Shown here: positions 46,688 to 56,272 of the stretch, one piece after another
Position numbering within the stretch: the stretch's first letter is position 1
How the letters are laid out: every line of letters begins with the position of its first letter
Origin: Candidatus Ratteibacteria bacterium
GTDB lineage: Bacteria > CAZDME01 > JAYEMH01
Assembly: GCA_034717985.1 (NCBI GenBank)
Contig: JAYEMH010000039.1
Span: 1,784-65,783 of the forward strand
Reading direction: 5' to 3'
DNA: 64,000 bases
The notes under the pieces: model-generated
Seen by the model: the letters and a program-made list of their open reading frames with translations, nothing else
Told to the model about the DNA's origin: nothing
Databases searched by the model: none
Translations under genes and position numbers: made by a program

Positions 46688-49600
46688 CTATTCGACAGGA
46701 TTAATGTGATCTGTAGTTAATCTCTTCCCAAAAAATTTAAGCTTGAAATCATCAAAAATTAAATAAAAACTGGGCAGGAGAAAGAGAGTCAAAACGGTAG
46801 AAACCGAAAGTCCCCCGATAACCGTGATCGCCAAAGGCGACCAGAGTCCGGAGGCTTCACTGCGATCCATGGCCATAGGCAGAAGGCCGATTACCGTAGT
46901 CAAACTGGTGATTAAAATAGGCCTGAGGCGGTCCTGTCCGGCATTAAAAATTGCCTTCATCCGCTCCATCCCGGCCCGCCGTAAATCATTAAGATGGGCA
47001 AGAAAAATTATGGCGTTGTTAACCGCAATGCCGGCCAGCATAATTATTCCGATTAATACCGAGATACCTTTCATAGTCCCGGTCAAAAGCATAAAAATCA
47101 CCACCCCGATTAAGGCCAGGGGCAAAGTAGTCATAATGAGAAAGGGCTGCCAGAAACTTTCAAAAAAAGCAGCCAGAACCATATAAATCAATATAATGGT
47201 GATGACAACAACGGAAAGGAGCTGCCTCTGATTTTCCTTCATTTCTTCATAACTGCCGCCAATTTTATAATGATATTTCGGAGGCATCTCCATAGGTTTA
47301 AGCGCCTTTTGCACCTTCTCCACCGCCTTCCCCATCGGAAGTCCGGTGACGGTTGCGGTAACTTGAATCATCCGTCTTTTGTCTTTTCTCCAGATTTCGC
47401 TGGGTCCATAGGCAGAGGAAAAAACTGCCATTTGCCCAAGATAAACCGGCTGGCCCTCTGGATTGACCAAGGTTAAACGTCTCAAATCTTCAAATGAATC
47501 GCGGTCTTCTTTTTGAAGCCGGACAATAGTCTCCACTTCCTTCCCCTTGGTATGGTAGCGAGTCGGCACCAGCCCCCTTAACTGAGCATGCAGGGCATCA
47601 GCAATTGCCTGAACAGAGAATCCCCAGAGCAGGGCTTTTTCTCTGTCAACAATAACGCCAATCTCCGGCCGCGGGGCACGCATTCTCAGACGCACCTCGG
47701 TTAAACCTTTGATACCATTCATTTTCTGCGAAATAACCCCGGCGAGCTTTTTTAACTTATCGTAGTCATGTCCGTAAATATCGATAGTTAATTCTTTGGT
47801 CACCATGCGCTTCGGTTCTTTAAAATAGATAAAGGCCTTCTCGATTTTTTCAACCTCTTTACGTAAAATATCGATAATTTGCCGGGTCGAACGCCGCCTC
47901 ATCCTCCGGGGTTCCAATTTAACGTTAATACGCGGGGACCAGGGTTTAATCCGCGAAGTAACCATTTTTACTTCAGGAAATTTCATAAGCATCTCCTCTA
48001 CCCTTTTTACTACTTCATCTGATTTTTCAAGTTTTGTCCCGGTAGGCATTTCTATAAAAATGGTAAATTCTTTTTCCTCCGTTCCTCCCCAGAGTTCCGA
48101 ACCCCGCTTTATAAAAATAAATCCGGAGATAAGAAACAAAATCAAAATAAGACTGATAAATAGAAACCGGAATCTAAGCGCGAAAGCCAGGAGACTCCGA
48201 TACCAGCTTTTTATCCTGGGGGAACCGGTAGAAAGAAGTGTCTCCCAGGATTCCTTATCATTTTTACTTTTCCCGGCTGACTCTGAAGTTTCGGGATAAA
48301 ACTTAATCCGGGCGCAAAGCATCGGAACCAGGGTTAAAGCAATAAAAAGGGAAGCCAGAAGGGCAAATACAATAGTAAGTCCTAAACTGCTGTAAAGCAG
48401 CCGGATTTTTTTGTTAGCAATAAGCAGGAATGGTAAAATTACCACGACGGTAGTAATAGTTGAGGCAACGATGGCTTTCCCCATTTCCTCGCTGCCCAGA
48501 ACAGCCGCCTTTCCGGCCGGCAGGCCTTTTTCCCTTTTTTGAAAAACATTTTCTAAAACCACTACCGAACTATCGACAATCATTCCGACCCCTAAGGCTA
48601 AACCGCTCAGGGTCATAACGTTCAAACTTAACCCCCCTAAATACATAAAAGCAAAGGTTATCATCAAACAACAGGGAATTGATAAACCGACAATCAAAGT
48701 TGCCCGCAGGCTCTTTAAAAAAACCAAAAGAACAAAAACCGCCAGCAGGCCTCCAAAGATCAAAGAAACCCTGACCGTCTTGATTGAAGAACGAATAAAA
48801 TCCCCTTGATTAAAAACAGTAACCAGCTTCAACTCGCGGCTCTGAAGGGCTAAACTTTCTTTTAGCGCTCGGGCAATGGCCTCGGTAACCATAATCGTAT
48901 TGGCCGTGCTTTCTTTTTGAATGTAGAGGGTTACCGCCGAAGTAAAATTCGTTCTGGAAAAACCGGTCGGGTCAAGAAAGAAATCTCTGACGACCGCCAC
49001 ATCTTTAAGCTTCACTAACGACCCGCCTTTCGGAGAGATAACTATTCCCAGATTTTTTATATCTCCCAGGGTTTTAAATTGCCCGCTCATTCTGATCAGG
49101 AATTTATCTTTTTTCCGCTCTATATCCCCAAGCAGCAGATTAAGATTATTCACACTGATAATCTCCACCAGTCTTTTAATGGGAATCCCCTGGGCTTGCA
49201 GTTTAGCCTGATCTATCTCGATCAAAATCTTTCGTTCCCTGCCCCCTACCACCTCAATCTTGGCCACTCCGCCAATTCTTTTTATTTTCGGTTTTATATT
49301 CTCTTCGACAATCCGGCGGATAACCTCCGGACTGAAGCGGCTGACTACAGAAACTATCATCACCGGCATATCCGAATAGTTGAATCGGGCAATTACCGGT
49401 TTCTCTATCTCCGACGGCAGTTTATTTTTTATTCGATTGAATTTCTCTCTCACTTCAAGCGCGGCAAAGTTCATATTTGTCCCTGGCTCAAAACTGATTT
49501 CTACCGTACTTGAGCCTTCTTCAGAGAGTGATTCAATTTTCCTGAGGTGGCTGAGGTCTCCCATCGCATCTTCTATGGGTTTGGTAACTAAATTTTCTAC

Positions 49601-49777
49601 CCCGACCGGAGGCATACCGCCTCGGATAGAAACATAAATGGTAATGGTAGAAAACCCGACGTTAGGCATTAATTCCATCGGAAGACCACCGAGGGCAACA
49701 GCTCCAATTACAATTACACCCAGGGTAATCATAAGAATGGTTATCGGACGGTTATTAGCAAAACGAGGCAGGGTCAT
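46688..49777 (-). CDS. RND efflux permease (AcrB/HAE family), subunit 2
   Basis: 12-TM, two large periplasmic loops, 1029 aa. Confidence 0.85.
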   Translation of the reverse strand: MTLPRFANNRPITILMITLGVIVIGAVALGGLPMELMPNVGFSTITIYVSIRGGMPPVGVENLVTKPIEDAMGDLSHLRKIESLSEEGSSTVEISFEPGTNMNFAALEVREKFNRIKNKLPSEIEKPVIARFNYSDMPVMIVSVVSRFSPEVIRRIVEENIKPKIKRIGGVAKIEVVGGRERKILIEIDQAKLQAQGIPIKRLVEIISVNNLNLLLGDIERKKDKFLIRMSGQFKTLGDIKNLGIVISPKGGSLVKLKDVAVVRDFFLDPTGFSRTNFTSAVTLYIQKESTANTIMVTEAIARALKESLALQSRELKLVTVFNQGDFIRSSIKTVRVSLIFGGLLAVFVLLVFLKSLRATLIVGLSIPCCLMITFAFMYLGGLSLNVMTLSGLALGVGMIVDSSVVVLENVFQKREKGLPAGKAAVLGSEEMGKAIVASTITTVVVILPFLLIANKKIRLLYSSLGLTIVFALLASLFIALTLVPMLCARIKFYPETSESAGKSKNDKESWETLLSTGSPRIKSWYRSLLAFALRFRFLFISLILILFLISGFIFIKRGSELWGGTEEKEFTIFIEMPTGTKLEKSDEVVKRVEEMLMKFPEVKMVTSRIKPWSPRINVKLEPRRMRRRSTRQIIDILRKEVEKIEKAFIYFKEPKRMVTKELTIDIYGHDYDKLKKLAGVISQKMNGIKGLTEVRLRMRAPRPEIGVIVDREKALLWGFSVQAIADALHAQLRGLVPTRYHTKGKEVETIVRLQKEDRDSFEDLRRLTLVNPEGQPVYLGQMAVFSSAYGPSEIWRKDKRRMIQVTATVTGLPMGKAVEKVQKALKPMEMPPKYHYKIGGSYEEMKENQRQLLSVVVITIILIYMVLAAFFESFWQPFLIMTTLPLALIGVVIFMLLTGTMKGISVLIGIIMLAGIAVNNAIIFLAHLNDLRRAGMERMKAIFNAGQDRLRPILITSLTTVIGLLPMAMDRSEASGLWSPLAITVIGGLSVSTVLTLFLLPSFYLIFDDFKLKFFGKRLTTDHINPVE

Positions 49778-52700
49778 TTCCTAAACTTCTCCAGAAAACT
49801 TTCAATGACGATGTAAACCGAAGGGATGACGATTAGAGTCAGAAAGGTAGCGGCGGTTAAACCGCCAATTACAGTAATGGCTAAGGGGGCGCGCAGTTCT
49901 TTGCCTTCGCTCATTCCCAGGGCAAGAGGAAGAAGTCCTAAAATGGTAGTAAAAGAAGTCATAAGAATCGGACGGACTCGAATCTTGGCCGCCTTTATTG
50001 CCGCATCCCGAATGCCTAAACCCTGCTGGCGCAGGCGATTAACAAAATCGATAAGAATAATACCGTTGTTGACTACAATTCCCCCCAGCATAATAATGCC
50101 TAAAAAAGCCACCGCACTAAGAGGGGTATTGGTTAAAAATAAAGCGGCGGCGACACCAATAATCGCCATGGGAATGGTGAACATAATTACAAACGGCTGG
50201 ATTAATGATTCAAAAAGAGAGGCCATAATCATATAAACAAGCAGGATAGCCAGAATTAAAGCGAAGCGAATATTAGAAAAGGCGGATTGCATCTCTTCAC
50301 TTTCACCGGCTAATTTCACCGTGTAATCCTGAAGAACAGTCAAATTTTCGATAATCTCTTTCACTTCGGAAAATATATCAGTCAGACGCCGACGATAGAC
50401 ATTGGCCGTAACCTGAACAATCCTTTCCTGCTCTTGCCTTTTTATTTCACTGGGACCTAAATCCATTTTTAAGGACGCAACCTGATCAAGATAAACCGGT
50501 TCGCCCCGGGGCGTATAAATAAAAATATTCCTTAAATCAGAAATGCCGGCCCGGTCCTGAGGACGCAATCTAACCCGGACGTCGTATTCTTCACCCAGTT
50601 CTTTAAATTTAGTCGCCACATCCCCTTTAATAGCTACCCGGGTCACCTGAGAAATATCATTAACCGAGAGGTGGTAAAGCACCGCCCTATCTTTATCGAC
50701 TTTAACCCTGGTTTCAAGAGTCGGCTCGGCCATTGTATCTTTTATCCCGTAGAGTCCCTTTATTTTCGCTAATTGCCTTTTTACCTCACCGGATAATTTT
50801 TTTAAAACGGCCAGGTCATAACCTTTCACGCTTACGGCTACCGGGGCGGTAGTTAAAAAACTAGAACCAAAGACACTTTCCTGGAGGAGATATTCAAATT
50901 TGCTGCCCGGGAATTTTGCTTCCTGAATTCTCTTTTTTAGCTCTTGAAGGATTTCGGCCGTGGAGCGAATCCGGGTAGGCAAAGCCATCCCTTTAGGGGC
51001 GCCTGAGGCCCGGCTTTTCATCTGCTGTTCTTTTCGGCTGAAAAGATTAACCATAAATTGAGCCTGGTGAGAGCCCAGGGTTTCGATTGATTCCTCAGGT
51101 GTCGCCTCTTTACTTGAACCGATATTTAAAGTCATTTCTTTTACTTCGGGAATTTCAAAGAGAATATTCTCCAGCCTTTCGGCGGCCCGGGTGGTAACTT
51201 TAAGCTTGGTCCCCATCGGCTTATCCAATTTAACAATAAACTGACGCTGATCCATCTTGGGCATAAATTCCTTGTCCAGGCGGAAGATAACGCCTAAACT
51301 GACAATAAAAAGGGAAAAAGACACCAGTAAGATAACCGGAATAGTTCTTTTGGTTATTAAATTAAAAAAGCCGGTGACTTTCCCTGATTCTACAAAGGAG
51401 GAGTCTAACGGGGGAACACTTTTTTTCCTGGTTGTTTGCGCATTGAGGGCTATTTTCCTGAAGAAAAGAGGAATTAAGGTAACAGCCACAAAGAGAGAGG
51501 CTATCAGTGAAAAGATAACCGTAAATGCCAGTTGTTTGAAAAGCTGTCCGGCCACTCCGCTGATAAAAACAAAAGGGAAGAAAACTGAAATAGTAGTCAG
51601 AGTAGAGGCGACTACCGCATTGTAAACTTCGTTACTGCCCCGGATGGCGCTTTTCTCAGGGGTTTCTCCCATCTGGCGGTGCCGGAAGATATTTTCAATT
51701 ACCACGACGCTATTATCAACCAGCATACCTACCCCTAAAGCCAAACCTCCCAGAGACATCATATTTAAACTCATCTTGAAGAACATATTGGCAAAGAACA
51801 TCATAATCAAAGCGGCCAGGATGGAAAGCGGAATGGAAAAAGTGATAATAACTGCGGAGCGGAAATTTTTTAGAAAAAACAAGAGAACCAAAAATGCCAA
51901 TGCCATTCCTATAAGAGCGGCATTGCTCACTTCCTTAAGGGATCTTTTTACGAAATTTGACTGGTCATAGACGACATTAATCCGGAGTCCTTCCGGTAAA
52001 TCCGGCTTTAACTGTTTAATAACCCGGCTAACCCGGGCAGCCACCTGCAGGGTATTGGCATCGGCTTGTTTACGGATGGATACGGAAATATTATCCAGCT
52101 TGTTGTATCGGGAAACGCTGGTTTTCTCCTTAAAGGTATCTTTCACCTTAGCGATATCGCGCAGGTATATCAGCCGCCGCTCTTCTTCTTTGTCCTTTTC
52201 ACCGGGATGAAACCAATCCTTCTCTTTATCATCGACCGCCAGGATAGCCGTATTTTCAATCTCATCGATACTTTTAAACTCACCCATGGTCCTAACTAAA
52301 AACTCGAAAAACTCAGCTTCGATTGTCCCTGCCGGAAAATTTAAATTGCTCTCTTTTAAAGACTGAACGATCGAAAGAAGAGATATGCCGGAGGCCTGAA
52401 GACGTCCCTGGTCAATTTCTACCAGAATTTCTCTTTCCTCGCCTCCGGTTAGAATCACCGAGGCTACCCCTTCAATTTTTTCTAATTTTTCCTTGATTTC
52501 CCGGCGGCAAATCTCTTTCAATCCATAGAGACTGAATTCCTCTCCGGTAACGCTTAAAACCATCATTGGAAGTTCCAGCGGGTTATATTTTACGACGACT
52601 GAATCTTCCGATTCCCGGGGGAGACGTTCTTTTATTAAATCAATCTTCTCGCGGACGCTCAAAGAAGCAAAATCCATATTTGTTCCCCAGTTAAAATCAG

Positions 52701-52977
52701 CGATTACCAAACTTATCCCTTCTTTGGATGTCGAAGAAATGCGGCGCAAATTAGGAACCGTACCCACTACTTCTTCAATCGGCTTGGTAATAAGGGTCTC
52801 TATTTCCTGAGGAGCGGCATTTTCGTAACGGGTAACAATACTTAACTGGGGAAAAACAATAGGAGGGAAAAGTTCCCGGGGGAGCCTCGTCCAGGCGATA
52901 ATTCCGATAAGAATTATACCCAGAAAAACCATGCTGATAGTTACGGGCTTTTTTACCGAAAATTCAGAGAGAGTCAT
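49774..52977 (-). CDS. RND efflux permease (AcrB/HAE family), subunit 1
   Basis: 1067 aa paralogue, 4-nt overlap with downstream permease (MdtBC-like tandem). Confidence 0.85.
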   Translation of the reverse strand: MTLSEFSVKKPVTISMVFLGIILIGIIAWTRLPRELFPPIVFPQLSIVTRYENAAPQEIETLITKPIEEVVGTVPNLRRISSTSKEGISLVIADFNWGTNMDFASLSVREKIDLIKERLPRESEDSVVVKYNPLELPMMVLSVTGEEFSLYGLKEICRREIKEKLEKIEGVASVILTGGEEREILVEIDQGRLQASGISLLSIVQSLKESNLNFPAGTIEAEFFEFLVRTMGEFKSIDEIENTAILAVDDKEKDWFHPGEKDKEEERRLIYLRDIAKVKDTFKEKTSVSRYNKLDNISVSIRKQADANTLQVAARVSRVIKQLKPDLPEGLRINVVYDQSNFVKRSLKEVSNAALIGMALAFLVLLFFLKNFRSAVIITFSIPLSILAALIMMFFANMFFKMSLNMMSLGGLALGVGMLVDNSVVVIENIFRHRQMGETPEKSAIRGSNEVYNAVVASTLTTISVFFPFVFISGVAGQLFKQLAFTVIFSLIASLFVAVTLIPLFFRKIALNAQTTRKKSVPPLDSSFVESGKVTGFFNLITKRTIPVILLVSFSLFIVSLGVIFRLDKEFMPKMDQRQFIVKLDKPMGTKLKVTTRAAERLENILFEIPEVKEMTLNIGSSKEATPEESIETLGSHQAQFMVNLFSRKEQQMKSRASGAPKGMALPTRIRSTAEILQELKKRIQEAKFPGSKFEYLLQESVFGSSFLTTAPVAVSVKGYDLAVLKKLSGEVKRQLAKIKGLYGIKDTMAEPTLETRVKVDKDRAVLYHLSVNDISQVTRVAIKGDVATKFKELGEEYDVRVRLRPQDRAGISDLRNIFIYTPRGEPVYLDQVASLKMDLGPSEIKRQEQERIVQVTANVYRRRLTDIFSEVKEIIENLTVLQDYTVKLAGESEEMQSAFSNIRFALILAILLVYMIMASLFESLIQPFVIMFTIPMAIIGVAAALFLTNTPLSAVAFLGIIMLGGIVVNNGIILIDFVNRLRQQGLGIRDAAIKAAKIRVRPILMTSFTTILGLLPLALGMSEGKELRAPLAITVIGGLTAATFLTLIVIPSVYIVIESFLEKFRK

Positions 52978-52982
52978 ATTTT

Positions 52983-54146
52983 CTACAGTCCCAACGCTTC
53001 TTCCTCTACAACCTGAACGGGCATATCGTCAGAAACTTCATCGACATTCAGTATGACTAGGTCATCCGGGGATAGTCCGCTAATCACTTCGGCATATTCG
53101 TCGCTAACATAATCAATGTCAATTTCCCGGCTTTTGGCTTTATTCTCGCGGGGTTCAACGATAAAAACCTTAAGTCTATCTTCTATTTCCTGGATAGCCG
53201 CGGTGGGAATTATTATAACCCCTTTCTTATCAAAAATAACAATTTCTACCCGGGTGAACATACCCGATAAAAGACGCTCTTCAGGATTATCAACAGAAAT
53301 TTTGACTATTACGGTGCGGCTTTTTTCCGCCACCATCGGCTGAATAGAACCAATCACCCCGGAAAACATCTCTCCCGGATAAGCATCAACATATAACTTG
53401 GCGCGCTGACCGATAGAAAGTTTTTTCACTTCCCTTTCAATAACGCCTACTTCGGCAATGGCTATTCTAGCGTCAACCAGAACTCCAACCTTGGTATTGG
53501 TGAGAACCAGTTCTCCAATGTCAATGAGACGGCTTCCCAGCACACATTCATCAGGGGCGTAAAACCGAGTTTTGTCCATTTCCAGTCTGGCAAATTCCAC
53601 TTCTCTTCTTTTGCCTTCAACCTCTAATCGTCCCTGTTCATATTCAAGAGCCGCTTGTTCTAATTTCAACTTGATAACCGCCCCGATATCATAGAGCCGC
53701 TTATACATTTCGTATTCTTTCTTTTTGGCGGCTAATCCCGCTAGAGTCGATTTCAGTTTTGTCTCAGCATATTTTAACCGCTGTAAATAATCCTTCGGGT
53801 CAAGTTCAGCCACAACTTCAGCTTTACCAATCCTCTCTCCTTCAAGGAAATTAAAAGATTTTAGCACCCCTTGAACTTCAAACTTCATATCAACTTCTCG
53901 GTCTCCTTTTATATTTCCCATAGCGGCGATAATATCCTGATAGTCGGTTTTGGCTGTCCGAAAGACCTTAACCGGCAGGCCCTGAACTTCCGCCGGGGGA
54001 GCGGATTCCTTTTCCGAAACAACCGCTTTCTCCTTTTCAAGTTTCATTTTTGCGGGAATTAATACCTTCTGCCAAACCACCCGGATACTAACCAGGATTA
54101 CCGCCAGTATAAGGAGCGATAAAATTCCCCGTTTCTTTTTCGTCAT
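52983..54146 (-). CDS. RND efflux periplasmic adaptor (membrane fusion protein, HlyD family)
   Basis: N-terminal TM, coiled-coil hairpin, beta-barrel/MP domains. Confidence 0.8.
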   Translation of the reverse strand: MTKKKRGILSLLILAVILVSIRVVWQKVLIPAKMKLEKEKAVVSEKESAPPAEVQGLPVKVFRTAKTDYQDIIAAMGNIKGDREVDMKFEVQGVLKSFNFLEGERIGKAEVVAELDPKDYLQRLKYAETKLKSTLAGLAAKKKEYEMYKRLYDIGAVIKLKLEQAALEYEQGRLEVEGKRREVEFARLEMDKTRFYAPDECVLGSRLIDIGELVLTNTKVGVLVDARIAIAEVGVIEREVKKLSIGQRAKLYVDAYPGEMFSGVIGSIQPMVAEKSRTVIVKISVDNPEERLLSGMFTRVEIVIFDKKGVIIIPTAAIQEIEDRLKVFIVEPRENKAKSREIDIDYVSDEYAEVISGLSPDDLVILNVDEVSDDMPVQVVEEEALGL

Positions 54147-56092
54147 AGCCGTTTCCTCCCATAAGAGTAAAAGAAACTAATGCCAATGGCGCGATCAATC
54201 GCCGCCAGCGCCAGATAGCATTCCATCACCGCTTTTGCATAATTCATTTCCTGCTCATTCAGGTTAATTTTAACCTCCAGAAGTGCGCTCAAAGGAATTA
54301 TATCCAGGCTTTTTCTCAATTCAGCGATTTCTACTTCCTTTTGGTAATATTTTATTTTGCTTTTGACCGCCTCCAGCATTATTTTGGCGCGTTCATAAAG
54401 AAAATATGCCTCTTTCACTTCCATGATAACTTTTTGCCTCAGCCGGCGGTAATCATTCATAGTTTTCTGAAAGGCAATTTCCGCTTCTTTACTTTTGGAA
54501 AAATACTCTAAATCATCAAGCAGTCCAAATTTGAAATTGTGTGTCCGGGCTTCGGTAGTTAAATTTGTCTCGGCAATCTCGGACGGATTAACCTTCTGGC
54601 GGCTGTGAGAATAATCAAAAGAACTGCCGCCAAATGACCAACTGAGTTTGCCTAAAACTGACCACTCATCCTTCATCCGGAGGATGTCACCGGTATAGGC
54701 TTCGCCGGATTCACCGATATTCCCGATCAAACTCAATTCGGGCCAGGTTTTGCGTTTTGCAATTTTCTCGCCGTATTTTGAGACAGCTAAACTCAATTGC
54801 GAAATTTTAATTTCCGGGCGATTGCGCAAAGCCAGATATAAACAATGCTCTAAATTAATTCTTAATTCGTTGGTATAATCCAGCCCGGTATCGATTTCCA
54901 GGGCAAAAGGGACATCTAAGCTTAAAACCTGCTGAAACTTTAACTTGGCCAGAGATAAAGCCTGCTGGCTGGCAACCAGGGCATAACCAACCTGATTAAA
55001 CTTGGATTCAATATTCAAAAACTCCACCCGGGAAACATAGCCGGATTTATACTGTTTTTCAGTCATCTCCAAGAATTTTTTCGCTTCCTCATACAGGGCC
55101 TTTTGTGCTTTAACCACGTTCTGGTAATGAATTAACCGGTAATAAGCCTGTTTTACCTGGTAAACAAGCTTCTGTTTTACCGTCTTAAAATTCTCCTGGG
55201 TAATCTTTTGGCCTAATTTCGCCTGGTGGAGGCGAAAAACACTTCTGCCTCCGTCAAAAATCAACTGCTGAAACTGCAAAACGCGCTTCCTGGACTCATA
55301 ATCACTTTCAGTTGTTTTCCCGTAAGTATCACTAATTTCACCCACCACCGCCGGAAAAATAACGCGCCAGGATTCAAACAATTTCATCTCGGCTAATTCC
55401 GCCTGCTTTTTAGCAATTTTAACCGGGAGACTGTTTAAAATCGCTATTTGTATACAGCTTGGCAGATTGACAATCGGTTTCTCCCCCTCAGGTCTTTTAA
55501 GCTCTTTTAGGGGCGGAGAAACCTTCTTCTTTCTCTCTTTCTTCTTTTTTTTGGCGATCACTTTTTTTATCTTTAGCTCCGCAATTTCCTCTTCCTGCTG
55601 ACGAATTTCTTCGGCTTTTTTTCTCACCACCCCATCCACTTCTTCTTTTGTCTCCCGGATAATTCGCCGGTTCATTTTATCCCAGAGTCCAATCGCCTGT
55701 CGAGCTTTCGAATGCTGGGGATAAATTTGAACTGCCGCTCTTAACTCCTCTTTGGCCTGACTCCACTTTTTCATCCGGAAGTACTTTTTTCCTAAATTAT
55801 AATGCTTGAAGAATAAGTCGTTCTTTTCCGCTTCTTTCTTTAACTCCGAAGATGTCATCTTTAAAAATTCCCGGGCGGCTTCATCTTTCGGGTCAAGCTT
55901 GATAAGCCGCAAAAGTTCTTTCCGGGTTTTTTCTAACTCACCCCGGAGATAGTAATCCCTGGCCTGAGAATAAAGCTTCTGGGTCTGCAAGAATAAAGCT
56001 TCTTCCGTTTGCGCTTTACCGAAGCAAATATCTCCAGAACCAAAAACTAAAATCAATACGAGAATTATTCTAAAAGATTTGCCTATCATCAA
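54143..56092 (-). CDS. outer-membrane efflux protein (TolC-like) with ~200-aa N-terminal TPR/lysine-rich extension
   Basis: C-terminal two OEP repeats; N-terminal signal peptide then TPR-like helices and KKKKKERKKK tract. Confidence 0.75.
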   Translation of the reverse strand: MMIGKSFRIILVLILVFGSGDICFGKAQTEEALFLQTQKLYSQARDYYLRGELEKTRKELLRLIKLDPKDEAAREFLKMTSSELKKEAEKNDLFFKHYNLGKKYFRMKKWSQAKEELRAAVQIYPQHSKARQAIGLWDKMNRRIIRETKEEVDGVVRKKAEEIRQQEEEIAELKIKKVIAKKKKKERKKKVSPPLKELKRPEGEKPIVNLPSCIQIAILNSLPVKIAKKQAELAEMKLFESWRVIFPAVVGEISDTYGKTTESDYESRKRVLQFQQLIFDGGRSVFRLHQAKLGQKITQENFKTVKQKLVYQVKQAYYRLIHYQNVVKAQKALYEEAKKFLEMTEKQYKSGYVSRVEFLNIESKFNQVGYALVASQQALSLAKLKFQQVLSLDVPFALEIDTGLDYTNELRINLEHCLYLALRNRPEIKISQLSLAVSKYGEKIAKRKTWPELSLIGNIGESGEAYTGDILRMKDEWSVLGKLSWSFGGSSFDYSHSRQKVNPSEIAETNLTTEARTHNFKFGLLDDLEYFSKSKEAEIAFQKTMNDYRRLRQKVIMEVKEAYFLYERAKIMLEAVKSKIKYYQKEVEIAELRKSLDIIPLSALLEVKINLNEQEMNYAKAVMECYLALAAIDRAIGISFFYSYGRKRL

Positions 56093-56272
56093 TTTCCCGC
56101 CACTCTATACAATTTATACGACGTTAAAACGAAGTATAGCATATATGTATGACTAAAACAAGGGGAAATTACGTTATATTGGAACCCACAATTTGGAAGG
56201 AACTGCCGGCAGGAAAAAAAGAAAATTTTACTATAGACTGTGGACTATGGACTATCGACTGTGGACTAAAAA

